Source of the DNA: Octopus bimaculoides
Lineage: Eukaryota
Assembly (NCBI RefSeq): GCF_001194135.2
Contig: NC_068994.1
Location: 53,290,318 to 53,354,317 of the forward strand
DNA length: 64,000 nucleotides
Direction: 5' to 3'
Shown here one piece after another: positions 12,946 through 25,495 of the stretch (position 1 is the stretch's first letter; every line of letters starts with the position of its first letter). Under the pieces are notes generated by a model. That model searched no databases. It was not told the origin of the DNA and saw only the letters and a program-made list of their open reading frames with translations. Both the position numbers and the translations under genes were made by a program.

Positions 12946-13608
12946 TCCAGTAAACCTTCAAAGATTAGAGTTAGCAAAGGGGAAATATAACCTCACGTGC
13001 CCATCACTTACAGGTATTTATAATTTTTTATCTTGTGACATTTTTAGTAGTCATTATATCTAATATATGTCTCCTTACGCTTCCGTCTACGCCGCCCTTA
13101 AATGTTGTACCACAAAACCTCAGTCTTTCTCCGTCAAATTGATTCAACAGCAAAACAATTAAGTACTTCAGTTTTTATTTTAGTTCGTTCGCTTGATAAA
13201 CCGTTTGATTGTCAGATCTGATTTTCTCGGAAACTATTAAAGCAAGGAATACAATTTTGTTTATCGATGGTTATTACTACGGAAAATATTGTTTTGTTTT
13301 TCGAAATTTTTACGTTCTCATTGTTTGAATATAGACTGATCGTAAATACAAAAACAAAAAACATGGGGGGGACAAAAATTGAATCACTTATACGGAAAAT
13401 TAAATCAATTATACGGAAATTGAAATACAATTTGCTTACAGACGTTTATGATTAAAGAACCCAGTTACTCATGAAGCGAAATGAATTGTAGATGAACAAA
13501 TGGCTGAAAACACGCATATCTACATACGAAACAGTTTAAAATATTATGGCTATAAAAGCTAAGAAAGAAGAAAAAATATATTCAGATACTGATTTCATAT
13601 CGTATTTC

Positions 13609-13784
13609 TTTTATCTTTTACTTGTTTCAGTTATTGGACTGAGGCTATGCTGAAGCACCGCCTTGAAGTACTTACGTCTTTCTAAACTTGTTTTATCGGT
13701 CTTTTCTGCCGAACCGCTATTTACAGAGACAGAAAATACTCAACACCAGTTGTCAAGCAAACAGAGTAGACACAAGCACACACA

Positions 13785-13790
<6 letters not shown>
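13609..13790 (-). mobile_element. SINE family B 3' body
   Basis: Starts with the tail complement CTTTTATCTTTTACTTGTTTCAG; contains CCAGTTGTCAAGC. Confidence 0.75.
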
Positions 13791-13825
<35 letters not shown>

Positions 13826-13930
13826 CAAAGTACACAGTTGTACAAATTCACCTTTGTACTTGTTCCTTATAAGTCTAATAGGTATTTTATTGCTCTCAAT
13901 ATAAACATGTACATGTGTATGAATGTGTGA

Positions 13931-14150
13931 GTTTGCGTGTCTTAGTGTTTGCCCACAGCCACCACATGTTAATTGGTGCTGGTTAGTTTTATGACCCGTG
14001 ACATCAGCGGTTTAATAAAAAAAAAACCGGTAGAATGGGTACCAGGCTTTAAAAAATATCAGTACTATGGTCGATTTGTTTGACTAATCTTTCAATGTGA
14101 CGTCCCAGTATTGGCCGCCGTTCAATGACTAAAGCAAGAATAAAAGAGCA
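13931..14150 (+). mobile_element. SINE family B 3' body, degenerate
   Basis: GTACCAGGCTTTAAAAAAT..GGTCGATTTGTTTGACTAA..AATGACTAAAGCAAG. Confidence 0.65.
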
Positions 14151-14269
14151 AAACAACAAAATGACCAACGAATATAAATTCTGTGCTGGGACATGGATAA
14201 ACGTAAATACGCCGTTACAAGCATCAATCTATTCTCTCTTTCTCTCTCTCTCTCTTCCATAACCATGGT

Positions 14270-16900
14270 TATAAGCATCATAAGTATTATTCCTAATGCA
14301 ACCTTAGTATTCAGCATGACTTCCTGTAACATATTATTGTTGATGAATCTAATAGCTTATATCGGAAGCTTTACATCTCAAGGAAATATCATTCGTATGC
14401 AATATCAACAAAGTAAGGCAGAAATGCTTCTCATATTTCACATGGCTGAACTTCTAAAATGCTGGAGGTTTATTTCCCAGACCATGTAGGTTAGAGATTT
14501 TCATACGTTAATAGATCACATGCGTGGATATCACTATTTTCTTAGCACCACAGCATGTTAATCTCAGTTTAACAAATCTTGTATGTAATATAAAAACCGC
14601 CATGTTAGAGAGACTTGGAAAATGTTGAAATGTCGCTCTAAAACAATGTTGTGCATTACACTGAACAATTTCTTCCTGGGTCCTCTATACTTGGAACAGT
14701 TTCAATGCACTCATCTTCAAAGTGCTTTGTTTTTATTCGCGGTTTTCTTATATTTCAAAAGATGGGCCTTACATATAACTGTGTAGCTAATTCGTTTACC
14801 GTTGCTAATGCTTTTTCATATCCATTTGCAAGATAATCAATTAAGCAATTAGTAGCGTTATATTCTTTAATGAAATTACGCTAGACAATTCTACAGAGGC
14901 CATCTGGATTGGTTCCCTGTCAGCATTTCTTCTAAAACTAAGCCAGACAATCAGCATCAGTACTAGACAAACTATAATTTTTCAGTTTCTAATACAAAAG
15001 TGCAAAGGTAGGTGACCAAGTGGTTGAGGTGTTGTATGTTCTTACGAACGTTGTTTCGTTTCCCCGAACCGGGCGTTGCGTTGTGTGCCCTAAGCAAAAC
15101 CTTACCTTTTATTTCACATTACTCCAGTCCACTTAAGAGTTCCAGCAAGTTCAGCTGCGATGGCACTGCGTCTCGTTCAGGGAACGGAGTGGGGGTGGGG
15201 AGGATGTTGTAATCTCGGTCACTTATATGCGATGGAAAAAAGGTTAAGCTCTGGTCTTGTTGAATCCTTCAGTTCATAAAAGACGTAAGTATAATTCTAA
15301 CATAGAAGAAACTCAAAACTCTATTTTATTTCATATTGCAAACCAGAGGTAACATTTCCGAAAATTCGTTACGAACTTCACAAATTTCTTTTGTTTCATA
15401 AGTAATACCTTTATGACATTCTGATCTGTCCTCACAGCAATGTTTTTTTCCATGAAGAAATTTGGCATTTGTTCCTCAATCCACGTTACTAAAAAAATAT
15501 TTAGACAGAAAACGAAAACGGTACCAAAACATGGGCTGCACCACCTTTGTCACCATTGAGATCAAGCTATGACATCTTCGAGGCATATAAATGATCGCGC
15601 GAATTTACTTTTCAGTGTCTCTTTTGCTTCAGTATGCAGTATTTTAGTGTTGATGGTCATATTTGGACTATTATCGCAATCTTTTGACGCTACATCCATG
15701 TGCAAGTCTACTCTCTCTCTCTCTCTCACTCTCTCTCTCTCTCTCACACTCTCTCTCTCTCTCTCTCTCTCTGGCATACACAAACACATACGCGAAACAT
15801 GCACACGTGCAATGAAACATAAAAGGAAAACTACGCATATTTTCTACAGCCATTGTTGTGATGCTGGTCAAGTTAGGTAAATAAAAACAGGATGATCGTA
15901 AAGTAAAGGCTTTACGGTTACATTTTCACTTAACATCGTTTCGGCTAATGCACATTTTCTGTATGCTTTTGAATCATTTGTTAACTTGTGAAATCTAGAG
16001 GGTTTGGCTTTTGCGCCCTTTTCTTTCCTATAATTGTTTACCTATAGTATCTATAACTGATTTATACATCATTAAAAGTAATTTATTTTTATGTCTTCTG
16101 CATTTTAAAATAGATTGTAGCTGAAACATCTTCCGCAGAACATAGATCAGAGGTCACTCTAAGATGAAGACGAAATATTTAGCTTTTTAACCCGGTTTAA
16201 GAGATTTTCCCAAACAGCATTTTCCAACAAACAGATGCTTTCAGTCGGAACACTTTTTTTCTATATTGAATGTGAGCTTCTTTAGAAACAACCGGACGTT
16301 AATGTTCGTCCATTGTCAAATCCAATTTTATATTTGTTTCAACAAGACCTAAAACATTTCTATTGTGCGGTGCAGATAATGTGTCTGAAATTCCTCTGAA
16401 AGCCAAATTTTGTTCCGTTAAATACAGATTAATGCTCATTAAATGTTCCAGAACTTTACACCAACACTCTCCGTTCGTTTTCCACACGTGACTGCATCTC
16501 CTTATCAATAGTTTTATTAGTTAGAAATCGCAGAGATGTCTCAAGTCACTTCTTAAAACATTCCAGATGATGTACTTAATTTTCATGTGGCTACAAATAT
16601 TCATGAGCATGCTTCTAGTCATTAATTCCAGATTTTACCAAATTGACTGGTTTGAGAATCCAAAAACTTTGCGACGAAACAATAAATTTTATTGGTGCTC
16701 TCTGACGAAATAAGTCACCTTCTCAGAAAGTTTTCACCATTTTAAACGTTCTCATACATCATTGTAACAAAGAATCTATGTATATTTGCAACTTTAGGAA
16801 ATCTATTGTTTGTTAAAAAAGGATGTAGACCCGTCCGTAATATAATCAGTTTCCGTTACCGATTCATCCGGTCAGCGTCTTGAAGCATAGTAATAGATAT
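14270..16900 (-). pseudogene. hAT-superfamily (ZMYM1-like) transposase fossil with many stops and frameshifts
   Basis: Collinear hAT motifs in my hand translation: NGE..RR(W)LIS..STNKIYCF; GIND*KH..HE; YLTEQNLAFRG..N..LGLVE..MDEH; KAKYF..ILE; D..SKDCDNSPNM..HSL; GYEKALATVNELA..F..R..KHFEDE; SF..KL..MLQE. Confidence 0.8.
15010..15254 (+). mobile_element. SINE family C (V-domain-like), nested in the hAT fossil
   Basis: tRNA-like head, TTTATTTCACATTACTCCAGTCCAC, then CTGCGATGGCACTGCGTCTCGTTCAGGG, which resembles the V-SINE GCGATGGACTGGCGTCCCGTCCAGGG block. Confidence 0.55.
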
Positions 16901-19900
16901 TTCTTGGGAGGAAATTTTCAACTTTCCTTGCAAAATTGCTAGAATTCGTTAAAGTGTCGTTATTGAATTTTCAATAACATTGCAAGTGCAGCAGTGATGT
17001 TTCGATTTGAGCGTACAATTGCCCTTGCTAATTAGAATGCACACTATATTTAACCGAGACAAGTGACCAGATCTACTGCGACAATATTGAAATAAGAATG
17101 CTCCGTCCACAGTCAAATTTTCTCATATTCTGTTAAACAGGTAGGGCCAGCATTCTCAATTCTTTGTTTACTAATAAATTAGCAGTTCAATTCATTTGAC
17201 CTCATAGGTTACAATCAAAGATACAGCTTCTTTGATTTCATTCATCTCACAACTAACTCTACTTCTTGATAACCACTGTAGGTTCGATTCTTTAAAGGCG
17301 GTCATGGCCTTTAATGAACCGAAGGTCTTGAAAGTAACACCAAACTAATACATTCTTCTTTACTATACACATTCTTGCTGGAAACTGAATGTATTTCCTT
17401 ATGCCCGAACCAAACGACTCAGTCTCTATTTATGGTAACACGTTCACTTACCTAACATTTTAAAGGAAGATTAACTTCGTTCAAAACATTTTCACATTAT
17501 GTTATCTAAATGTCATTATTTTTAATGTTCCCATACATTAGACTTTATATACCCCTAAGTGCGTGGCACCCAATGTGGTTCTTGCAGTTGCCTCTATCTA
17601 CTGCCGACCCCGACCACAACATTATTTCTTTCAGATATTTGAACCAATAAAGATGTTCACAGTACAAAATACATTCAGATACTAACAAGAAATGTAGAAA
17701 AATGTTTTCCCAAACACAAAGGTACATAGCAACATAATTATTTCTCGTTAATGGAAGTTTTAATAGATACTTTTAAATTCAAATACTGGGTGCGCATAAA
17801 TATATAGAGAGAAATATTTTCACTGACTCAGATACAAAGCTACATAATTTGTTTCGGTTATTGATGGCTATAAAACTTAGTTCCGTAAGATACGTTCAAA
17901 TATTAACCGCATATATAGTGAATATTTTTCTTTTCATTTTCATTGGTTAACTTGTTGGTTAATATTAAGTAAATTATTTTTATTTTTATGCGGTGGATTA
18001 GAATGGCGAACGCATCAAACGTTGCCCTGTTTGCAAATAATTTGTATCTAATCAAAACTAAAATCAATATGCTGTAGATATCAAGGCAGCCTTTTTTTTA
18101 TATAGATTCTGTGGTTTGCTAGCAAACATCGCCATTAATGACCAGTTTGAGCTGAGATATAAATTTGCCGAGAACGATTCACAATAATTGTCGTGATCAA
18201 ACTTATGGGGGTATGCTCACATGTTTCTAAAGCAATGCAGCATGACAAATGTTACGCAACACCAACGATCGGATCTTAGTGAAAGCGCCGAGTATACGTG
18301 AATGTGGATGCGAACATCAAAAGAAAATCTGAAAGTTCACTGTAATGATCTCCTGCTTTAAATTAAAATATACAGTTCATTAAAATACTAATAACTTTTA
18401 ATCGATCGTGTGAGACACAATGTTCTAGGTTCATTTCGCGCCTCGTTAATTTTGCCTTTCATACTTTCGGGATCGATAATATAATGTACCCGTACTGCGG
18501 CTGATGGTATCGACGTAACGACTTTTCTCATAATTATTGGCTTCATGTCCTATTAAGATATTACCATTGCGTGTGAGAATCCATATCATTTAGAGGTTAC
18601 TTTTTATTTGAACTCTCTGAAATTATCGTTTTCTTGACTTCCTCAAAAGTCCTGATATTGTCGCTTAGTATCATTTTAGTTTTGATCGATCCCTAATCGA
18701 AGGTATTGCAGTTGTGGTCATCCAGAATTTTATTCAGATATAGTGTATATAGTGCTACATGTTTTCAATGTATCTCCCTTGTTTTAATTCTTTTCATACC
18801 AACCTTCCTCAGACCACTTTTGCTTCTATGATAAAACTTATCTGTTTTAAAATGTTCTAAATTACAACCATCCATCAAAATTTCATGTGCATTTCTGTTT
18901 CAAACACTAGTTTAATAATGACAAAACTATTTTACTAAGTCCTTCATTATATTCAGAATCAACTGACAATGTCATTCAACAGAAATATACTAACAAAATG
19001 GATAAGACGCCAGGATGTTATTTAGGCTAACTTGGTTGTTATTCTTTTTAAAGCAAGCGACCGGATGTAATCTCTCCATATTTCTCTCGACATATTTCTC
19101 TCTGGATAATTACCAGAGAAAACAAAGGAAGCACAACATTTGTTATGATAATTCCTCTTGTTCGGATCCTAGAATAGCAGAATCGATTAATCATGGGGTT
19201 CAACGCCTCCCATTTACGTTCCTTTAAATATTGAATTCAATTTGCATCAGGGCAAGATCAAAAATGAAATAAGTTACGATGAAGTATTGGAGGTGATATA
19301 ATCGATTACACTTTCTACCAAAATTTGTGATAACGTGTGTTAATTATTATAAATCTTTTTGAAGAAAATCGTTCACGTTAATTGGTTAATTAATTACAGT
19401 AGCGATTTTTCAAGATATTTTACTCTATTGCACCATCAATTAAGCAATAACTGTGTTATAACATATCACCATCTTCTGCAAACAATGTTTGTGTGTGTAC
19501 GTACATATATGATATGATTTGATATGATTAGATAGATAGATAGATAGATGGTGCATTAAAAACAGTTGTGTTTGCTAACTAAATATCCGACACCTCAAAA
19601 TCTTGCGCCATATCTGCGGTACAGTGTGAAGCACAACTTTTACTTACATTTTCTTTGAATAATATTTGGAGTTATTTTCTTCTGTTTCTCATAACTAAAA
19701 ATAGACAGCAAAATCTTTCATAAAATCGATAAGGACTGACTATTTATAAACTACTCATTGTGTTTAACATAACATATATTTGGTTGGTTTTATTTTTATT
19801 TAATTATTTTTCCGTTATGGAATAGTCACCATGACGTCTTTGGAGCACTTCCCATTCTAGTGGAGATCAGGTCTGGACGGTTTCAAAAGATTGCACTCTG

Positions 19901-20047
19901 CTTTAGGAACCCAGGTGCATGTGGTGATGTCAATTCTGACAAAAGTCTAAGTCAACCACCCAAGATCTTGGCTATGAAAGCTAAGTGCAATGAAATAATG
20001 TTTTAGATTTAAAGATAATGGGAAAATATTTTATAACAATAAGAAAA

Positions 20048-20325
20048 TATTTTGTGTCTGGGGAGAGTCATTCTCTTTTAGTTCCTTATTATTTAAGACT
20101 CGCGGCTTCGATTATTTATTTTTCTAAAATTTTCGTTGCGTCTTGCAACTAATTCAATAGTCGTTGACTCTGAACGGCACAGTGTCAACGACTATTGAAG
20201 AGGTTGCAAGACGCAATGAAAATTTTAGAAAACATAAATAAATAAATGAGTGGAAATCAAACTGGTGAGTGTGTTAAGTAATAAGGCACTAAAAGAGAAT
20301 GACTCTCCCCAGAATCAATAGAATA
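20048..20325. mobile_element. Foldback (palindromic) MITE-like element with an inner hairpin of about 60-bp arms
   Basis: Outer arms GGGAGAGTCATTCTC / GAGAATGACTCTCCC. Inner arms 20113-20172 and 20180-20240 flank the loop AACGGCA. Confidence 0.8.
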
Positions 20326-21044
20326 TGCTTTAACACGCGAATTCACATAAAGAATCTTGCAAACGAAATACAAAAACGACATAAGAAAATACTTTATAAA
20401 AATTTCTAAGATTATGAAATGAAAGAGAACGGCGATTTCGATACCCCTTGCCAATGAAGATAATATACGATTACTCGAAATAATTTAGCTAATGGATTCA
20501 GAAACCCCAAAATTACAGTCTCGTGTCTGCAAAAATATGAACACCTCTACTAATGTAAGCCTTAATATAGTATGCTTAAAATAAGATGAACAGCCATAGG
20601 CGAAACCAGTTTGTTTCATAAGAATGCAGCTAGAATTAAGAGCAGATAATGATAACTTCAACAAGAAAGAAGCATTGCAGAGTGTAGCTCTCCTACAAAC
20701 ACTATATCTGAAAATAAAATGTTTTAGAATACTTTGATCAGAGATTTTGCTTCAAGCAGGACTAAGTTGGAGCTAAACAGTAATTTTTTGCAGGCGCTAA
20801 TTGCACAATCCAAACTCGGCGACTAATTAGAAAATTACTATATGTAAATCTTACGAGAGATATTCAGCAGCAGTACTTTGGAGTAAAGATTGTTTGCCAA
20901 CATAACATGGCAGTCCTAGTTTAGGACGAATGTTGTTGTAATTTAGCCCCAGGAGACATTGTCTCCAGTCGGCTATACGACACGATCTGTGTCCTTATAT
21001 TTTCAAACAAGAGAATCTATACCACCACTCATCTCAAAATAACA

Positions 21045-21089
21045 TCTGTGTATCGTGATTCCCGGGTTATTTCCCTTCATCAGCACAGA
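21045..21089 (-). ncRNA. Degenerate type I hammerhead ribozyme motif
   Basis: Minus strand: UCUGUG CUGAUGA AGGG aaauaa CCC GGGAA U cacg A UA CACAGA. Stem I is 6 bp and perfect; the GAAA is altered. Confidence 0.5.
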
Positions 21090-21918
21090 ATAATTGTTCC
21101 TGTGCTGCCATGTTATGTTGGCAAACAATCTGTACTCGGCGGCTAATATTTTCGATTTTTCTAAGATCATTCTATGGAAAGAATCGGGGAAAAAAGACGT
21201 CGAACAAAAATGCCTTGCGGTATATAGTTACGTCCCTTTGCGTTGGGTGTTCACAATTCAGCCGATATCGACAAAATCTTCCAACCAGCCGAAAGGAAAT
21301 AAAATACTTTGCGAGTGACATACTGCTGTTGATGAGATTCACGACACCTGCTACTTGAAAAGTGTTTGCCTTTTCCTTGGCAAACAAAGGAATATATCGT
21401 ATTTATATTGGTCAATATCGCCAAAATATACAACCATCAATACACTATATCAAGACTATCATTAACTGGGTCACTAGATACGTCTGTGTATGTGGGGGAT
21501 GTAAACATAGCACCGGCAACCTGCTGAATCATTGTGCACTTTCAGTGATTTAAATATCTCGCTTAGGTTAACTAAAACTGTCCTACCTCATTTAATGTGC
21601 GTAAACACACACGTACGCAAACACACACATACATATGATAGGGGTGCATAAATGCGCTTTCAATGTAATGTGTATGTATGCATATATGTGTGTGCGTAAG
21701 CTCAAAGAAATTACCTTACAGATATCTACATATCTTACCAGTTTTTCAATCTAGACACCAATTAATGATTTCTCGTATTATCACAACGGACGCAAACTAA
21801 TGAGAGGAGGCCATTATAAACGATTGTATTGATCGCCCCCATCACCACCATAACCACCCAAATATATTCCCGATACGTACATAAATTATCGAACACCACC
21901 TCCTATTCTCTTTCCCCT

Positions 21919-21971
<53 letters not shown>

Positions 21972-22927
21972 TCCTTTGTATTCCCCAACACCAGCACTAA
22001 AGAAAGTGAAAGTAGAACATACAAAGCGAAATAGTCCGCAGCAAGAGACGAAATGAGGTACTTAACTTGACACTCAGCAATTTCTTCGACTTCTAGGTAA
22101 ACCTCAATCGTATAAACAAAATCACCAATCGATATCAGAACATAGTATTAATCTTCGCCATCGTATAATATAATAAAAATAAATGTTGAGTTATTCACGC
22201 CTAGACTGCTTAGAAAGATTCTGCTCAATAGAAGACATTGCAACAGTGTGTCTGTTGTGAAGTGAAATGTGTACTTATTTGCTATTTTATTGTATATTGT
22301 AATTAGTGTACTTNNNNNNNNNNNNNNNNNNNNNNNNNNNNNNNNNNNNNNNNNNNNNNNNNNNNNNNNNNNNNNNNNNNNNNNNNNNNNNNNNNNNNNN
22401 NNNNNNNNNNNNNNNNNNNNNNNNNNNNNNNNNNNNNNNNNNNNNNNNNNNNNNNNNNNNNNNNNNNNNNNNNNNNNNNNNNNNNNNNNNNNNNNNNNNN
22501 NNNNNNNNNNNNNNNNNNNNNNNNNNNNNNNNNNNNNNNNNNNNNNNNNNNNNNNNNNNNNNNNNNNNNNNNNNNNNNNNNNNNNNNNNNNNNNNNNNNN
22601 NNNNNNNNNNNNNNNNNNNNNNNNNNNNNNNNNNNNNNNNNNNNNNNNNNNNNNNNNNNNNNNNNNNNNNNNNNNNNNNNNNNNNNNNNNNNNNNNNNNN
22701 NNNNNNNNNNNNNNNNNNNNNNNNNNNNNNNNNNNNNNNNNNNNNNNNNNNNNNNNNNNNNNNNNNNNNNNNNNNNNNNNNNNNNNNNNNNNNNNNNNNN
22801 NNNNNNNNNNNNNNNNNNNNNNNNNNNNNNNNNNNNNNNNNNNNNNNNNNNNNNNNNNNNNNNNNNNNNNNNNNNNNNNNNNNNNNNNNNNNNNNNNNNN
22901 NNNNNNNNNNNNNNNNNNNNNNNNNNN

Positions 22928-22954
<27 letters not shown>

Positions 22955-22958
<4 letters not shown>

Positions 22959-23152
22959 GATTCTTTGTTTGTTCTGCACTACTGCTTGACAACTGGTTTT
23001 ACGTCCCTGTAGCATAGCATTTTATCAAAAAGAACAGAATAAGTAACAAGCTTTAAGGTAAAAATACTGAGGTCAATTCATTCGTCTAAAATTCTTGAAG
23101 GCGTTGCTTCAGCATGGCCACAGTCTTATAACTGGAATTAGCAAAAAGATAT
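22955..23152 (+). mobile_element. SINE family B 3' body after (TA)n and a gap
   Basis: CTGCTTGACAACTGG, AGAATAAGTA, CAGCATGGCCACAGTC. Confidence 0.7.
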
Positions 23153-24123
23153 ACATATATTTACATGGTAGGCGCAAATATAGCTCTAGAGACAGAAGAT
23201 TCACTCTTCCGTCTTAGATTCGATCCTTTATTAAGTGGATTGTTACAATAGCTTCAAATCAACATTATTAATAATTGATTCTGCTTGTCACATTCTCTGT
23301 GTGTGTCAGCGCCTGTGTGCATTGCATGTGGTAACGAGCAAGAGAAAAAAGTACTCGAGATGTATTAGTGTTATTAATATCAAAATAAAACCATTAACTG
23401 TAGTTTTGGTGCAAGTTGACGCGTCTTCCCGGTGCTTTAATGACTAAATAATAAATAGGCGAATCAAAAATTGCAAAAATACAATCTGGTGGGCGAGCAC
23501 AAAGTTTTCATTGGTTAATGATGTTCTCGCGGTACACGTATAATCAGATTAATAATTCAGCAGGGAACCCTTAATGTAGGAAACAAAAAGAATTATTCAC
23601 AGAATTTCTTTAAAGAACTGAGGAAAATAAAGTTGATACGATTAATTAAATAAAATGATAAAGAAAATAGAGTGTATACACATAGGAAAACGAAAAAATT
23701 CGTTTTAAGACGCTTGTGTGTTTGTCGTCTGAAAGGTGAAGTTATTTTTCGCAGAAAAATTACAGCAGTGACTAGCATATTCACGTTCGGTTCTGCCGGA
23801 ACGTATTAAGAATGGATGCTTATTGTTTATAGTCACTATTTGACGTTTGACTGTTTTTTTTTTTTGTTTTTTGTATTTTTTGTTTTTTTCCTCACGCAAA
23901 GATTTATTTTCCATTTGGCAGACATCTGCAAGTATCTGCAAATAATTGTTTCAAAAGTAAATGTGTTTTCTGAAGACAAAATACAACAATTAGATACTCA
24001 CTTTCGAATCTTTGCCGGAACCTATGAGAGTGAATATGTACGTTATCGTGCGTGGATGGATGGATGGATCGATAGATAGATTGACAGATAGATAGATAGA
24101 TAATCAGAAGCAGTAGCATCTAA

Positions 24124-24222
24124 GGTGGCGAACTGACAGAATCGTTAGCACGCCGGCAAATTACTTAGAGGCATTCAGTACGTCTGCCCGTTCTGAGTTC
24201 AAATTCCTCCGAGGTCGACTTT
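24124..24222 (+). mobile_element. SINE family A, 3'-truncated
   Basis: AGAATCGTTAGCACGCCGG..GAGTTCAAATTCC..GAGGTCGACTTTG. Confidence 0.8.
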
Positions 24223-24609
24223 GGCAGATACCATGAGAGAAACTTGTTTGTTTCGTTAGTGGGGAGATAAATTACCACCAGCGCCGAAATCATTTTGACA
24301 TTCCTTTGTTGAATATAGCAAGATATAGAAAATCGTAGATCGTACTGTTCGAACCTATAGTTTTTTTTTTAATAAAAAAATAGGCTGCACATAAAGGGTT
24401 TACTCAAGAAATCAATGACTACAGGTTGCTTCTGCTTAGAATCTGTTATTTGCCAACAATGAAGAGGAATAAGGATTTGATTTACTGTAGTTGTTTTACT
24501 GATAGGTGCAGTCTGAATGACTTATGTCATCAAGTAAGAACGCTATGCATGATTCTGCATTACTTTCAGTGCAATCCTTATGTGCGTGTTAGTACATTTC
24601 TTTGAAATA

Positions 24610-24642
<33 letters not shown>

Positions 24643-25263
24643 NNNNNNNNNNNNNNNTGTGTGTGTTACGCCAATCATTTGGCAAACAAACGATCTGTTT
24701 TTTATTCATAGGAAGTGCAAAGCTATATATACACACACCATTACTAAATATAACGCAAAAAGAAAAATGGACAGATCATCTGCCAAATAGTTTTTGAAGT
24801 TAGTGCAAAAGCAACAAAAACAGAAAACCCCCAAAGGAAGGGAAATGACAAATGCTGATATTCTGGTAAATCAAATTACTTACGATATTGAACGTTATTT
24901 ACAAAACTCTATTTGTTTTGAAAAACAAAATGATTTTGTTTATTTAGAAAGTAAAGTTTGATAATCAATGTTTTTTGCTATGATTATCATGTAGATTTTA
25001 ATTCAATTAAACGTTACTATCAGATTGTCTAAGACAGTATTGCGGACAGATAGTTACCATCTTTTCTATACACTCGTTAACAAAGATCTAATGCTCTTGA
25101 CAACCAAAAATGCTTTCATGCCATCGCTCCATCTGCTAGAAATAGCAGTTGAACATTTCGTTAAATGTTCCCTGTCGTCATTCTATTATATAACGAAAAA
25201 GTAGTTTCACCATTCCATTTCTTTTTATATTAACATCAGTTTCAGGTTAACAATAATACTTCA

Positions 25264-25495
25264 GGCGGTGAGCAGACAGAATCGTTAGCACGCCGGGCAA
25301 AATGCTTAGCGGCATTTCGTCTGCCGTTATTGTCTGAGTTCAAATTCCGCCGAGGTCGACTTTGCCTTTCATCCTTTCCGGGTCGCTTAAATAAGTACCA
25401 GTTACGTACTATGGTCGATGTAACCGACTTAATCCATTTGTCTGTCCTTGTTTGTCCCCTTTATGTTTAGCCCCCTGTGGGCAATAAAGAAATAA
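25264..25495 (+). mobile_element. SINE family A with an alternative tail
   Basis: Head and body as at 9172, but the tail is TTTGTCCCCTTTATGTTTAGCCCCCTGTGGGCAATAAAGAAATAA. Confidence 0.8.
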
